Assembly: GCA_032718475.1 (NCBI GenBank)
Contig: JAUCBJ010001232.1
Span: forward strand, 1-64,000
Origin: Nemertoderma westbladi
Lineage: Eukaryota > Animalia > Xenacoelomorpha
DNA length: 64,000 nucleotides
Reading direction: 5' to 3'
Shown here: piece by piece, positions 51,755 to 62,660 of the stretch
Layout of the letters: each line of letters starts with the position of its first letter
How positions within the stretch are numbered: position 1 is the first letter of the stretch
Notes under the pieces: generated by a model
Told to the model about the DNA's origin: nothing
What the model saw: the letters and a program-made list of their open reading frames with translations, nothing else
Database searches by the model: none
Made by a program: the position numbers and the translations under genes

Positions 51755-52520
51755 ACTGCTACTTTGTGTGCAAAGTAGCACTTTGCAGCGTTATGAGCCG
51801 AGTTTATTTATGTACCGAGCGAGCGCAGCGAGGGAGGTTTACATAAATAAACTCGGGTCTTTAACGCTTATAAGTGACCTTTGCAAGCAATGATGTATCT
51901 AATTTTTTTCATTGTGTCAACTTATCAGCGTTCGTTTTATGGATGCTCATTTGAACATTTTAATCATGTACTATTTCGAATATAAGTGAAAATTATTAAC
52001 AGGTACTGTACCGATACTATACTTTTATATCTAATTAAAGTTTATTGTTGTTATATCCTGCTTGGATGTGATAAATCTTTGATCCATCGTCGACTGAGTC
52101 ACCGTCTGTGTCCGTGTCCGTTCAGTTTTACTGAACACTGTCACCTTATTTTCTTTGCTCATTTTATCTAAAATGTCGTCCCTATAGGACGTTTCGACAT
52201 ATGGAATACAGTCTTACAACACATTAAACAATTATTTACATACAGTAGCTAGTCCCGTTACTTCAAACTGGACGCACGCATTATGCAAACACGTGCTGCT
52301 TTATTGAATAAAGTAGTACGCATTAATATAAATGGAAATAATACATTATAGAATACGGTAATTTAAGTTGTTTCCAGGTTATTGATTACTTTGCAGCGTT
52401 CCGTCCTATAGGCCGCAACGCTGCAAAGTAGTACTTTGCAGCGTTACGAGTAATTCACCAGAAAGCTGTTAAGTTGACATATTGTAACAAAAAGTTTTTA
52501 TATTAAAATATGCAGAGCGT
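51755..52520. mobile_element. Non-autonomous element with terminal hairpins (Crypton-like)
   Basis: Hairpin CCGAGTTTATTTATGTA..CGAGCGCAGCGAGG..TACATAAATAAACTCGG (51798-51855). Repeated ACTTTGCAGCGTT / AACGCTGCAAAGTA at 51780, 52388, 52417 and 52433. Confidence 0.45.
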
Positions 52521-52523
52521 TAG

Positions 52524-52589
52524 AGGTTAAAAATAGGTTAAAAATAGGTTAAAAATAGGTTAAAAATAGGTTAAAAATAGGTTAAAAAT
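52524..52589. repeat. 11-bp minisatellite (AGGTTAAAAAT) x6
   Basis: Direct tandem copies. Confidence 0.9.
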
Positions 52590-52691
52590 GTATATCATTA
52601 TATAGTAACACGTTTTGTTACTGGTCGATGGCCAGTAAGAAACTAATAAGCGCGCCAATCATATTTTTTCCGCCTCGTGGTTCTTTTCCTC

Positions 52692-52705
52692 CCGCTAGGT
52701 GGCGG
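52692..52705 (+). promoter_or_regulatory. CTCF-like motif CCGCTAGGTGGCGG
   Basis: Shares 13 bp with the motif at 48134, in opposite orientation. Motif only. Confidence 0.4.
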
Positions 52706-52730
52706 ACAAGCGACAACAGGATAAACGGCC

Positions 52731-53258
52731 GGTAACTGATGCCGGCCGTAGTGGAGGATAGGAGGATAGTTCCGACTATTGGAGTCCGGACAATTGTGAC
52801 CCGGACAATTGCGACCCGGACAATTGCGACCCGGTCAATCGCGACCCATGTTTTTAGTAAAAATTATTGGTCGCATTTGTCCGGGTCGCAATTGTCCGGG
52901 TCGCAATTGTCCGGATCACAATTGTCGGGTCGCAATTGTCTGGGTCGCAATTGTCAATGATATACAATGATACAATGATATTTATCAAAGATATACATTA
53001 CATATTTTTATCTGGATCCGGACAATTGCGAACCGGACAATTGCGACCCGGACAATTGCGACCCGGACAATTGCGAACCGGACAATTGCGACCCGGACAA
53101 TTGCGACCCGGACAATTGCGACCCTTACAATTGCGACCCGGTCAATTGCGACCCATCAATTTTTTCTAAAATCATGGGTCGCAATTGTCCGGGTCGCAAT
53201 TGTCCAGGTCGCAATTGTCCTAACATCCCGACTATCCTCCAATACGGCATCAGTTACC
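52731..53258. mobile_element. Foldback element with 15-bp internal repeats (CCGGACAATTGCGAC) in alternating orientation
   Basis: Termini GGTAACTGATGCCG..GTA.TGGAGGATAG / CTATCCTCCAATACGGCATCAGTTACC. Repeat blocks run forward (52786-52847), reverse (52869-52955), forward (53018-53154) and reverse (53176-53220). Confidence 0.8.
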
Positions 53259-53271
53259 ACTGATGGTAAGT

Positions 53272-53450
53272 CATGGACTAACCATCATGCTTATTTTCTA
53301 GGCTGCCAAAGCACGAGATTGTGCACAGACTGGTCCTCACGGCGAAAGTAATGTGATGCAAAGCGGAAGCGGCTCACATCAAGTCTCAAGCATGGGGAGA
53401 CGAATGAGACACCTCCAATATTAGGCCTATATAGAGTCTGGTTGGAGATG
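53272..53450 (-). mobile_element. RTE LINE 3' fragment, same family as 25790-26440
   Basis: Reverse complement reads CCGCTTTGCA..ACATT.CTTTCGCCGTGAGGACCAG...GTGCA.AA.CT.GT.CTTTGGCAGCCT, matching 26170-26238. Confidence 0.75.
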
Positions 53451-53477
53451 TGTGCATTGTACTGTATTTGACTCAGT

Positions 53478-53565
53478 ATAGCCAGGGCGCATCCTTAAAT
53501 GGTAGCTGAATGAGTACTGGAGTTTCCTCTGGGGAGTATAGTTCAGGGGGGCCGCACTGGAAATA
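53478..53565 (+). mobile_element. SINE core fragment, copy 3
   Basis: GGGCGCATCCTTAAATGGTAGCTGAATGAGTAC...CCTCTGGGGAGTATAGTTC is the inverse of the bodies at 5965-6030 and 26505-26570. Confidence 0.6.
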
Positions 53566-54068
53566 AGTCGTCAGACTTTGTGCGTAATTTGTGCAGACTA
53601 CGCTGGCGTCTTGACCATTCAAACCTACCTACCTGTGGGATCAGCCATAATTAGTTTGCTTAGTATTTATCTTTATTCCAAGCCGGCACAGCATTCTTAA
53701 TATATACTTTGAATAACTCAATAGTAATGGTAACCTGAACTGTTTACCTGCAGTAACGCAGTGCGGCATAGAAGAAATGGCAGTTGGCTAATGTCTATCC
53801 AGAGGCCAACCCTTAGGGGGTGAGGGAAGCCACCCCCCCCCCCCCCCCCCCTCCGCCGCCAGTATCTTTGGTCAAGTCAGTAAAAATACGATTGGGTCTG
53901 GGAAGTCGGGAAAACACGGTCAGGTTGGGGAAGTCGGGAAATTGTTGAACAGAGCAATAAAATAATATTCCCAAAATGAAAGGATTCAAATAAACAAAAT
54001 AATACATAACAGTATCATTGTGTCGATATGAAAACTCGACTGTGAACCTTGGTTTAAGACAATTTAAG

Positions 54069-54370
54069 TGCCACGAAGTGATCGAAGCTTAAGCATAGGC
54101 CTAGGGGTACCATTAACGAATTGTCGGTCGTCGTCGGTCGTTGCAGTCTGTCGTCGTCATCTAATTTTTTATCGCGAATAACTCGGTCATTCCGATTGAA
54201 TCAAACCAAACTTGCTACGTATGTAGTCCATCAAAAGCTTAGAAAGAATCTGAAGTTTGGTCAAAAATCAGACTGTCTGTCAGTCGGTACAGGTAATTTC
54301 AGACTTTTGAATAAAATAAGTCGGTCCATCATTGACGAAATTAAACCAAACTTGGTACGTATGCAGACCC
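54069..54370 (+). mobile_element. Helentron-associated non-autonomous element (HINE/DINE-1-like)
   Basis: GCCACGAAGTG...TAGGGGTACCATTAA, a GTCGTC microsatellite and two copies of the ATAA.TCGGTC...ACCAAACTTG.TACGTATG core. Homologous to 16180-16400. Confidence 0.55.
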
Positions 54371-55251
54371 GTGCTGTGCGAAGGCCCCAAGAACGTGTTA
54401 CAAAAAAAAAAGAAAAAACCAAAGCATAATATCGAAGGCCAGCTGTATGCCAGTATGCTTACTGGTGGTCATTAATTATTATTTTTATTTGTAGTTTTTT
54501 TTTACTGTGTACAGTACCTGTTACGTGTATAAATTCCTGACAAAAACATATACCGTTGCCGCTGACTGACCTTTCAACATCAATCACAATTTCCAATCGA
54601 TTTTCTCTAATTTTTTATTGTTGAAAATACTGCTAGGTAAACTAATTATTGAAAAATTTCCTTTTGCTTGCTATACGCTCGCATTATTATTCTATTTAAA
54701 ATGAGTCTACTGTATAAATGTTAATAACAAGTTGCGCTTTCTCACTGCACAATTTTGCGCAATTTTCTTTTCAAACCGGAGATTTTTTCAAATGGAAAAA
54801 TTCAAAAATGTTGTTGCTCGCTCAATTCGCATATCTCTGAAATACAACCTGACATGTTTATTTATTTAAGAACATAACGATTTCGTTGCGAAAATTACTG
54901 ATAATAAATATAATTATTTTCTTCTAAATAAAAGGTTTAGTTCATCGCACATCACTTTTCCTTTGGCGCCACACTAGAAACCTACCGTTACTGTATCTGA
55001 GTTAAGACCCACTATAATAGTAGATAGGTCATGTATGAGTGCAGATACTTTACAGTTAGTTAGTAAAGAAACATAGCAGAACAGCTCAAACCAAAACAAA
55101 TTACACATAACTTGTAATAATATATTATAATACAACATTGTATTTAATTGTCATAGTTAACTATTTTCCAAATATTCTAGAATATTATTATATATCGCTT
55201 CAATCACACTTGCAAAACAGTATTGAACTGTGTTACTGTTAGTTTATCACT

Positions 55252-55923
55252 ATGAATCTACTACCTATCCTATTAGTGGCTATAAATACCTGGATTTCCG
55301 TATCACATCAGAAGAAACAAGTTCCTCTTTATCTTTGTGAAAACAAAGTACCAAATCGTTTCTATAAGTTGGAAAAGATTCAAAAATGCCCCGGGTTAGA
55401 CAAAGGCCTTTTAATGAAAGAAATACGTGGTGTAAGGATATGGAAGCAGAATGTAACTCCGCTTCTAATTGATTTTTGGAGGTGTAGGAAGGAGATATGG
55501 ACCTACGAATATGACGATACAGGGAGAACAAATTCCATTATTGGATCGCATTCCGGTACTGTAAATATAGATGGCAATGTTGATAGTGAGGATGTGACAG
55601 ACCCTGAAATCTGTAAGGCATGGTTGAATACTAAGAGGTGCGATGATGTGGTCCAAGATGAAAAGGTAGAGTCTGGAGATACAATTAAAGGATACTTCGG
55701 CACAATTACTGAATCATTAAAGGAATTGAGATCATTAACGAAGACTAAAAGTTATAGCAACAAGGCGAATCTTGTAAAAGAACAGTGTCTGGAGGGTGCT
55801 AAGAAGTGTACCAATATAGTGAAGACCTGTTATCTAGAACACGTGCAAGGGACACTGATGCCGATCCATAATGTAAGTAAATGCGTTACCAGTTTGTGGT
55901 TAACACCACGCGGCGCGCGGTGA
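55252..55923 (+). CDS. Secreted or membrane Cys-rich protein resembling the N-terminal part of a viral/retrotransposon envelope glycoprotein; may continue by splicing at 55872
   Basis: Hydrophobic signal peptide MNLLPILLVAINTWISVS. Cys spacing YLC-x16-C, WRC, EIC..W...KRC. Open 223 codons in AT-rich surroundings. Phase-0 GTAAGT at 55873. Confidence 0.55.
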   Translation: MNLLPILLVAINTWISVSHQKKQVPLYLCENKVPNRFYKLEKIQKCPGLDKGLLMKEIRGVRIWKQNVTPLLIDFWRCRKEIWTYEYDDTGRTNSIIGSHSGTVNIDGNVDSEDVTDPEICKAWLNTKRCDDVVQDEKVESGDTIKGYFGTITESLKELRSLTKTKSYSNKANLVKEQCLEGAKKCTNIVKTCYLEHVQGTLMPIHNVSKCVTSLWLTPRGAR

Positions 55924-56625
55924 GTAACAGCGTTACCAGTTAGTGGATACTACTATGTTTTTGACACCCCCCCCCCCCCCCCCCCCCCACCCCCTACCCC
56001 CATTTTTTTATACTAGGCTAGCTAGTTTTTGTTCCTTTTTTTAATGTTCTAGAACATAGGCCTATTATCTATTCATTTAATATAAAAATGTTGTTCTAGA
56101 ACAAATATTATTGCTGGTTGGCGTGGGATCCTGACCGGGTTCACTGTGACTTTGTGGTGATGTCCGTTCCCTACGCGCTTGCGCTGGCTGCTGACTGGGA
56201 AGTTGACATGGCCGTAGCCCGGTGAATGAAAGAGTTTATCTGTGAACTTTACTGTTAATCGACTGATGTTAGATATAGAGACTGAATACTGTAATACTGG
56301 TAGGACACAGTAGTTTATTTATTTCCTTTCCATTATCGGGCACTAATGACCCATGCTACTGTACGTACATTTTTAATATACTAAACGAAACACATAGCAC
56401 AGCAATTAATTACGGTTGGACCCTACAATCTATAATTAAATTCACAATGACCGACAATCGACCAAGAAAAAAAAAAGAACAAAAATGAAACCAATAGAAC
56501 TTCATTATACACTATCATTACAAAGTGAAAAATGCAAAAAAAAAAAAATACAAAAAAAAAAAAAAAAAAATTTACGAGGGTGGATATTTATGGCCCAGTA
56601 TTGCGAATATATTAATTATACAATA

Positions 56626-57015
56626 TTACACAGATAGAAGTACTTCCCAACGGTCCCGTAAAGTCGAGGACGTACAAATATTAAAACAAACTGAAAGTAA
56701 ATCGTTGCTAGAAGACGCTACTCGCCTTGCGAGCGAGCCTGCCGCAACCCTACATATTGCTACAAAAGCATTAACTCGATTATTTACAAAAATTGTATCC
56801 GCGTCATCACAGCGACTATACTTAAAAAGTAACCTGAATGCAGTATTGTAGGCTACACGGACCTTACGCAGTTCCTCAACTCTAAATATACTCCACAATG
56901 AAGTACAATAAAGACTGTAACAATAAGTTTTAAATAGCGCTCGTTTCACTGGCAATGAGCAACCGCCAAAGAAACGTGCTAACTGGTTACCACAGCGATA
57001 AAGAGAACGCTTAGC
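56626..57015 (-). mobile_element. LINE ORF2 C-terminal fragment (CR1/L2/Daphne group)
   Basis: RSLYRCGNQLARFFGGCSLPVKRALFKTYCYSLY...LW...LRKVRVAYN.AFRLLF is a typical post-RT LINE segment. Confidence 0.7.
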
Positions 57016-58000
57016 AGTAGTAGTGTAGTGTAGCGAAGCGAAGCGGTGGAAAAACATTTTCACCTTTGCACTATAAATGGAATGAATGCCAACTGGCTGC
57101 ACGATGAATGACCGGTAATATATATGGGTAGAATACATTGTCTTTAGGAGGCTAACATGATTCATTGGCCTCTGACTGATACACGCCACATGCCGCCCTC
57201 CCATTGGTCCAACTCACCCACCAGCTGGCCCTATTGCATCATCCACATTTCCCTGTGGCTGTAAGTGGGCTTGTGGGCCCCACTTACTGGTTCGGTATTT
57301 CTCTGTGTCCAATATTGTTAAATTGGCTCCTTTTCCCATTTTAGGTTGGAATGTAGAGCGGAATGGATTCGCTTACACTAGCCCCCCATGCTATCTTCCC
57401 AGTGAGAAGATAGCATCAACCGATAAGTGGGCTCCATTCCGGGGAATCCAATCTAGTATTTGGTGTGGGGTGGGACTATCTTTTATTGGGATCAGTTTCC
57501 TAAGCTGGTTCCACTGGGTTTGATGTCGCTACCCAACCTTGGCAATACCTTTGTTTCGGTATGCCTAGATGTGCGGTGTCTTTATTCCTCACATCTTCCT
57601 CACACATCCCTAGAACTCATCCTCATACCTTGATTCGCTCCCCACATTTCTCGGATATTGCACTCCTCACTGCTCAACTCCTCTTCCCGATGTTACTCCT
57701 TTCACCACCCAAACTCAGCCATCATTCCTACTCATCCTACTTTCCCAGATGTTAACAGATAACCACGCAACCCCCGGTAATCTCTCACTCTTCTAGCCCA
57801 GGTTTCCGCATCTGTCTAGTCCTGTCTCGTTCTTATGCTTAGTCAGTAAGTCCCCCCTCCCAGTAGTTAGTTGAGAGAGGTTGGTCTGAATTCTCCATTC
57901 ATGGTCTCTTCATTCATTCTCTGCTATCCCGACCTCTCACCTAATCGGTGGTGCGTGATTCGCCTTAATTACCATCTGGGTAGTACTTAATTACTGATAG

Positions 58001-60055
58001 AGATTCCATCTATTAATATATGAATCAATTGCACAATAGAATACACCAATCGATTACACAATAGAGTTCACTGATCAGTTACACCATAGAGAATAAATAT
58101 ATTGATTTATAAATATAGAATTTTACGACATATAGATCAAATATCTACGCAAAGCCCCCTGGTATCCCGGCGCCGTCCTCGAGCCCCAAACTACTTCGCC
58201 ATCTCACACGCGACCCTCGCAGGCAATGGGAAGTGCTGCGGATTATCGCGAACGATATGCATGCGCGCACCCACCCCATTACCGAACTGTAAGGTTTCCC
58301 CCAGTTGGTGTGTAGGCGGTCTGCGATGATTCGCAACAGCTTATTGGCCTGAGGTGCCAGTATGCCGTCGCATGAGGCAACGAAAGGGGAGAAATCACCT
58401 CGGCGGGCGGAAACTGCAACTGTATATAAGCGTTTCTTCTCCTCTTCCGCCGACTCCATTACTGACCTCACGAAGCGCCCAGCATAAGACACGGCGTCAA
58501 GGTTAATTGTACGTATGTCAATCAACGCCTGTGTCTGAGTACTGAACACTCCCCTAATGCCGACATCGCATCGCAGACCAGCCCTGTCGCCATCGCTGCT
58601 CGCGGACCACTTGCTCGAGCATAACGTTTTGCGGTCCGAATGCCAGGGCCGCAAGGTCACCGACTGCGTCGCGGAGCTCGTTGTGGCGCTGAATCACTAA
58701 ACCACCCTTCTTACAGTTCAACCCATGGTTGAGGTCAAACCCAGCGCCACAACCGTCGCATCTGCAAGGGACACCTATGAGGGGTCTACCATACCGGACA
58801 GCCACAGCGTCCCTAAACTCCCGGGGTAAGAGGTCGAACTGGTGTTCGGCTACCGGAAGAGAGGATAGCCAGCCGCCTGTCCTGAACTCCGTTGCGAAAT
58901 TCGCCCATCGAAGACTGCCGGCAGGAACCTATCGCTGATCGCTTCCTCAAGCACATCGAACTGACTGCTGCAGTCTGGGACAACGCGTTGGAGGTATGCC
59001 CACTCCCGTTGGAGTGAGCAAACTACGGCTGAGAAAGCAGTGTGGGGTTGGGCCTCAGCCACCTCAGCCATCTTATCTACTGAGGCTACCCAGGATGCGA
59101 TTTTGGCGCCGACATACTTCACACACTCCGACTCGCTACCAATAAACCCGGCCAGAAATCGGTGTCCTGTAACAATGTTAATATTGTGCTCGGTGAATAC
59201 ACTTTGGGCTTCCTCCAGAAACTCCGGAGCCACAACGAGAAAGCTCTTAGTGGACTGAGGGTAATATCTGAGAGCGGGGCCCAGACGCAGTAAGTGCTCG
59301 TACCACTCGAGAATATCCTGGAGCTTTCCGGCACCAGAAGAGTTGTCAGCGAACCAACTTTGGCGAACCTTAAGTGATGGCAACTCATGGATTAAAGGGA
59401 GGATGCCTGAAGCGTAAAAAGGCATAGCTAAAGGATCTCCTTGTGTTACACCCTCTTCGCTGAACAGCACAGCATCGGTTCCCTTTATTGTCAGAATGCT
59501 GTGTCCGCGGTAACAGTTGAAGAGAAACATTGAACATCGAGGCCACAGCTGCCTGACGTTCCACAAGGCTGCGACTCGGTTCAGCGAATTGAAGGCATTA
59601 GCTGCATCCAAAATAATAATGCCCCATCCATCCTCACTATGTTCTTCGAAGACCGAGCGCATTGAATGTACCCCGGCCTCCACACCTGCCATCACGCCCG
59701 CAGATAACTGCTCTGCGCCACACGTAGTGGTGACATCATCTCCAGTTGCTTCTGCCATTGATCTACCCAAGATTCGGCGGAGGCACTCCCCTATGCCTAT
59801 GGGCCTAACCCCGGGGCACTTATCGAGGGCAATAAGTCTGCTAGCCATCAGGGACCGAACTGATTCCCATGGCACTACACTGTTAGCAAGTGGACACGCA
59901 ATAGAGGCAATAGATTCATGTAAACGCTGGCTATGTGCTGGCTAGTCGCTGCCGGCTGGCCCACCACTCCCTTTCAGTCGCCGCGCTGTCAACTCTATGT
60001 GCGCGGCTGTGATCTCGACATCAACCCGAAGTGGCAACTCATCATCACACAATAA
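58001..60055 (-). mobile_element. 5'-truncated CRE-like non-LTR retrotransposon (RT, CCHC and restriction-like endonuclease), frameshifted, with 13-bp TSD
   Basis: RLIALDKCPGVRPIGIGE, LDAANAFNSLNR, EGVTQGDPLAM, FADNS (mutated catalytic DD), CDGC..HGLNCKKGG..QRHNELRD, RCDVGIRG..DIR, E..KK..Y. TAATTACTGATAG occurs at both 57988-58000 and 60056-60068. Confidence 0.9.
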
Positions 60056-60214
60056 TAATTACTGATAGTGCTCATTGGGTAGTACTTACTTACTGGTAGT
60101 GCTTACTGGGTAGTGCTTACTATGATTACTGTTGTCTGTCCGCATCCAATACTTGTTGGTCATTTATGGAAGTCCAACTAGTCATCCTCCCTTGTCCCTT
60201 CCCTCGTAATAATT

Positions 60215-61860
60215 TTAATGATCCACAGGGACTACGTTGGATCTTGCTGACTGGTTCCGGTTGGTCCAAAACGGTGTAAATATGGCAATGGGATCGCTAT
60301 CCCTCCATTCTCCATAGAGACTTGCCAACTGATTGTGGGCCATCGGGCAGTCCATCCCGACTATAATCGACACTCGTGGTATGTCCAATCCCGGTATTGC
60401 GAAGTCAATACCCTTCAAATGTGGGTACTGGGCTACCTACTGTTGAGTTGGTCGTCGCGCATTGATGTTTACTGAATCCATCACACCGCCGCGGCCGCGC
60501 CATCCAATGCCGCGCTGTAACCTCCTGTCAAGCTCTCTATGCAGCATCTACTGACACCCAGGGGAATGTTTCGGTCCTTGTCAGTCACTGTTGTAACTGC
60601 TACTGGACTGGGTTTCGTCTTAAGTCCAAGTTTGTCAGTGACTGACCTGCCTGTGACAGTGAATGCTGCCCCGGTATCAATTACCATTAAGGTAGTTAAT
60701 GATTTTCCGCTTGTGGCAGATACCTTCACTGGCACACCTTTAGTAGAACTTTCGTCTTGTTCTTCTTTGAGCCAATAGTCGTGGCTATTGTCTCCCCCTG
60801 GTCAGTTTTACTACTGTCTCGGTATGGACCTGTCCTTGCTATGTGTCCATGTTTGACACATTTATTAAATAGCCTGTGTGTCCATAGAGTCTCCGTTCGT
60901 CAGAGATGGAATTTCTTTCCACTGGTCACAGTGCCTGTTACTACGGCCTGCCTGATGGTGAATCTGGCATCTCTGGCCATTATCATAGGGCCTCGGTCTG
61001 GAAGACCCCTCTTCGGCTCTGTTATAGCTAGACGCATCCTCTGTCAACCCAAATGACATCGATTGTTCTTGTTTAGCTGTGTTCTGGCCTAGGTACTTTG
61101 CCGAGACTGTCCTCGCTGTACACAGGGTCTGTTATTAATTACGTTTCATATGACAGGAAGCTCGACATTTCTTCTAATCCCGGTTCTGTTCCTTTCTTTT
61201 CTCGCTTCAAGAAAGCTATCTTCCTTCATCTGTTTCTCAACCATATCGGTAATGCCTGCGCTACTGTATCATCGCTATGTTGTTTGAAGCGTTCAGTTCG
61301 CATGGCACTTCCAGGGTCTTCAGGGTTATTAATGCCTTTTCTATCCTCATCGCGAAGGCTTTATTGATAGTCGGGCTGTATAAGAGTCCGTCTGATGTTA
61401 TTCCCTTCAGGTTTTGTCGGATTATTTTCGCCGGATGTCCGAATTCTCTATCCATGCAGCCCTAAAACCTCATTATATTCCCTGATATTGCCTCACAATA
61501 TCATATGCTGGCCCTCCTGTATAGACTTGTAGATATTTTAGGCCTCCGCCTGCGTCAGCTTCTTAAAAAGAATCTCATTACTATACATCCTCCGGAATTG
61601 CAGATAAGTTATTAAATTTTTATTAGATTAAATAAAACTCTGTCAAATTCTGTTTGTTGTTTCCCAACATTTAAATAACGTCCCATATGATTTTAGTGCC
61701 CGTGAGACATTAGTGCCCGCTTAGCGTCTTAGTTAGTATATGCATTACAACAGGCCAGGAAGACATTTCGCGCTTCTTTAGTTCCTGCTGATGCAAACGA
61801 GTCGTTACTTTCGTCAAACTTCAAAGGGTCAAATTTCCAGTCTTTAAGTTCCCGCATCTC
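60215..61860 (-). mobile_element. BEL/Pao LTR retrotransposon gag-protease remnant
   Basis: Aspartyl protease VIDTGA.FT (60481-60735), downstream IIVGMD...PIAIFTPFW typical of BEL/Pao, upstream C-x2-H...H..C knuckle. Many stops and frameshifts; 5' boundary approximate. Confidence 0.7.
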
Positions 61861-62039
61861 GTCATTTATTTTAATTTCTACTTGGATCTTTTATGATTAA
61901 ACACAAGGACCGCGCTATAACAAGTGGGGGTGGATGTAAATTTGCTCCGACTGAAAATTGAAATTGCACCGACTTAAATTGAAATGGTTCAACTGTGCTT
62001 GTATTAGTAATAATTTATATTAATAAAAATAATTGTTTA

Positions 62040-62660
62040 TTACGTGGGGAAATAGCAGAACTTTTTTTTCCGCCTGCCGGCCTGTGTAGAGATGGCGATT
62101 CTTTGACGGAGGAAGGATGTTGCCTTTACATCCCCATATAAAGTGGTGATGCGGCGGCCAAGTTCCTGGAGGAATTGTAAGGTCAGGGACCAAAGCCAAC
62201 TAGGTTTTCGAATGCAACGGGGCTGGAGAGAAACTGTTCGGGAGATGGAACTATATTTGGCGAGTTTCCTCTCTTCTGCGAGATCTGCTACTGGGGCCCG
62301 TTCTGATTGTGCCACATTACTGTAGGATCTGGCCAGACGGTTCACGCAGGTACAGTCCCAAGCCATTGGTTTTCCCAGGGACCAGTTGAGGAGGGTTACA
62401 CCATCTTGACGTATACCATCGTCTCTGCATAGGCCGACTGGTTCCATGGTGGAAGGGATATCTGCGGAGGTTAGAGCACGGTGAATGGCATCAACCTTGC
62501 GCCACACGCGCATGTGTGTTAAGTTCAAACAGGTGCACCAAGGCGGAGTCCAACTGCAAGCGATAACTGTTCGTAGGAGGGGAGATAACCCAGTTTGTCG
62601 GAAGTTAGTGACTGGAGCCAGTGTGAAGACCCTGTCGCTTGACAGCCACGAATCCGAACA
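62040..62660 (-). mobile_element. CRE-like retrotransposon 3' fragment of a second family (restriction-like endonuclease)
   Basis: GSSHWLQ...LG...LAVGLRLGAPV, EPVGLCRDDG.RQDGVTL..W..GKPMAWD.T, AEERK..KY, FLRQRIAI..Q.G. Confidence 0.8.

Noticed and set aside
52739-53169. ORFs with (GQLRP)n and (SQLSG)n
   Set aside because: Translations of the 15-bp foldback repeat.
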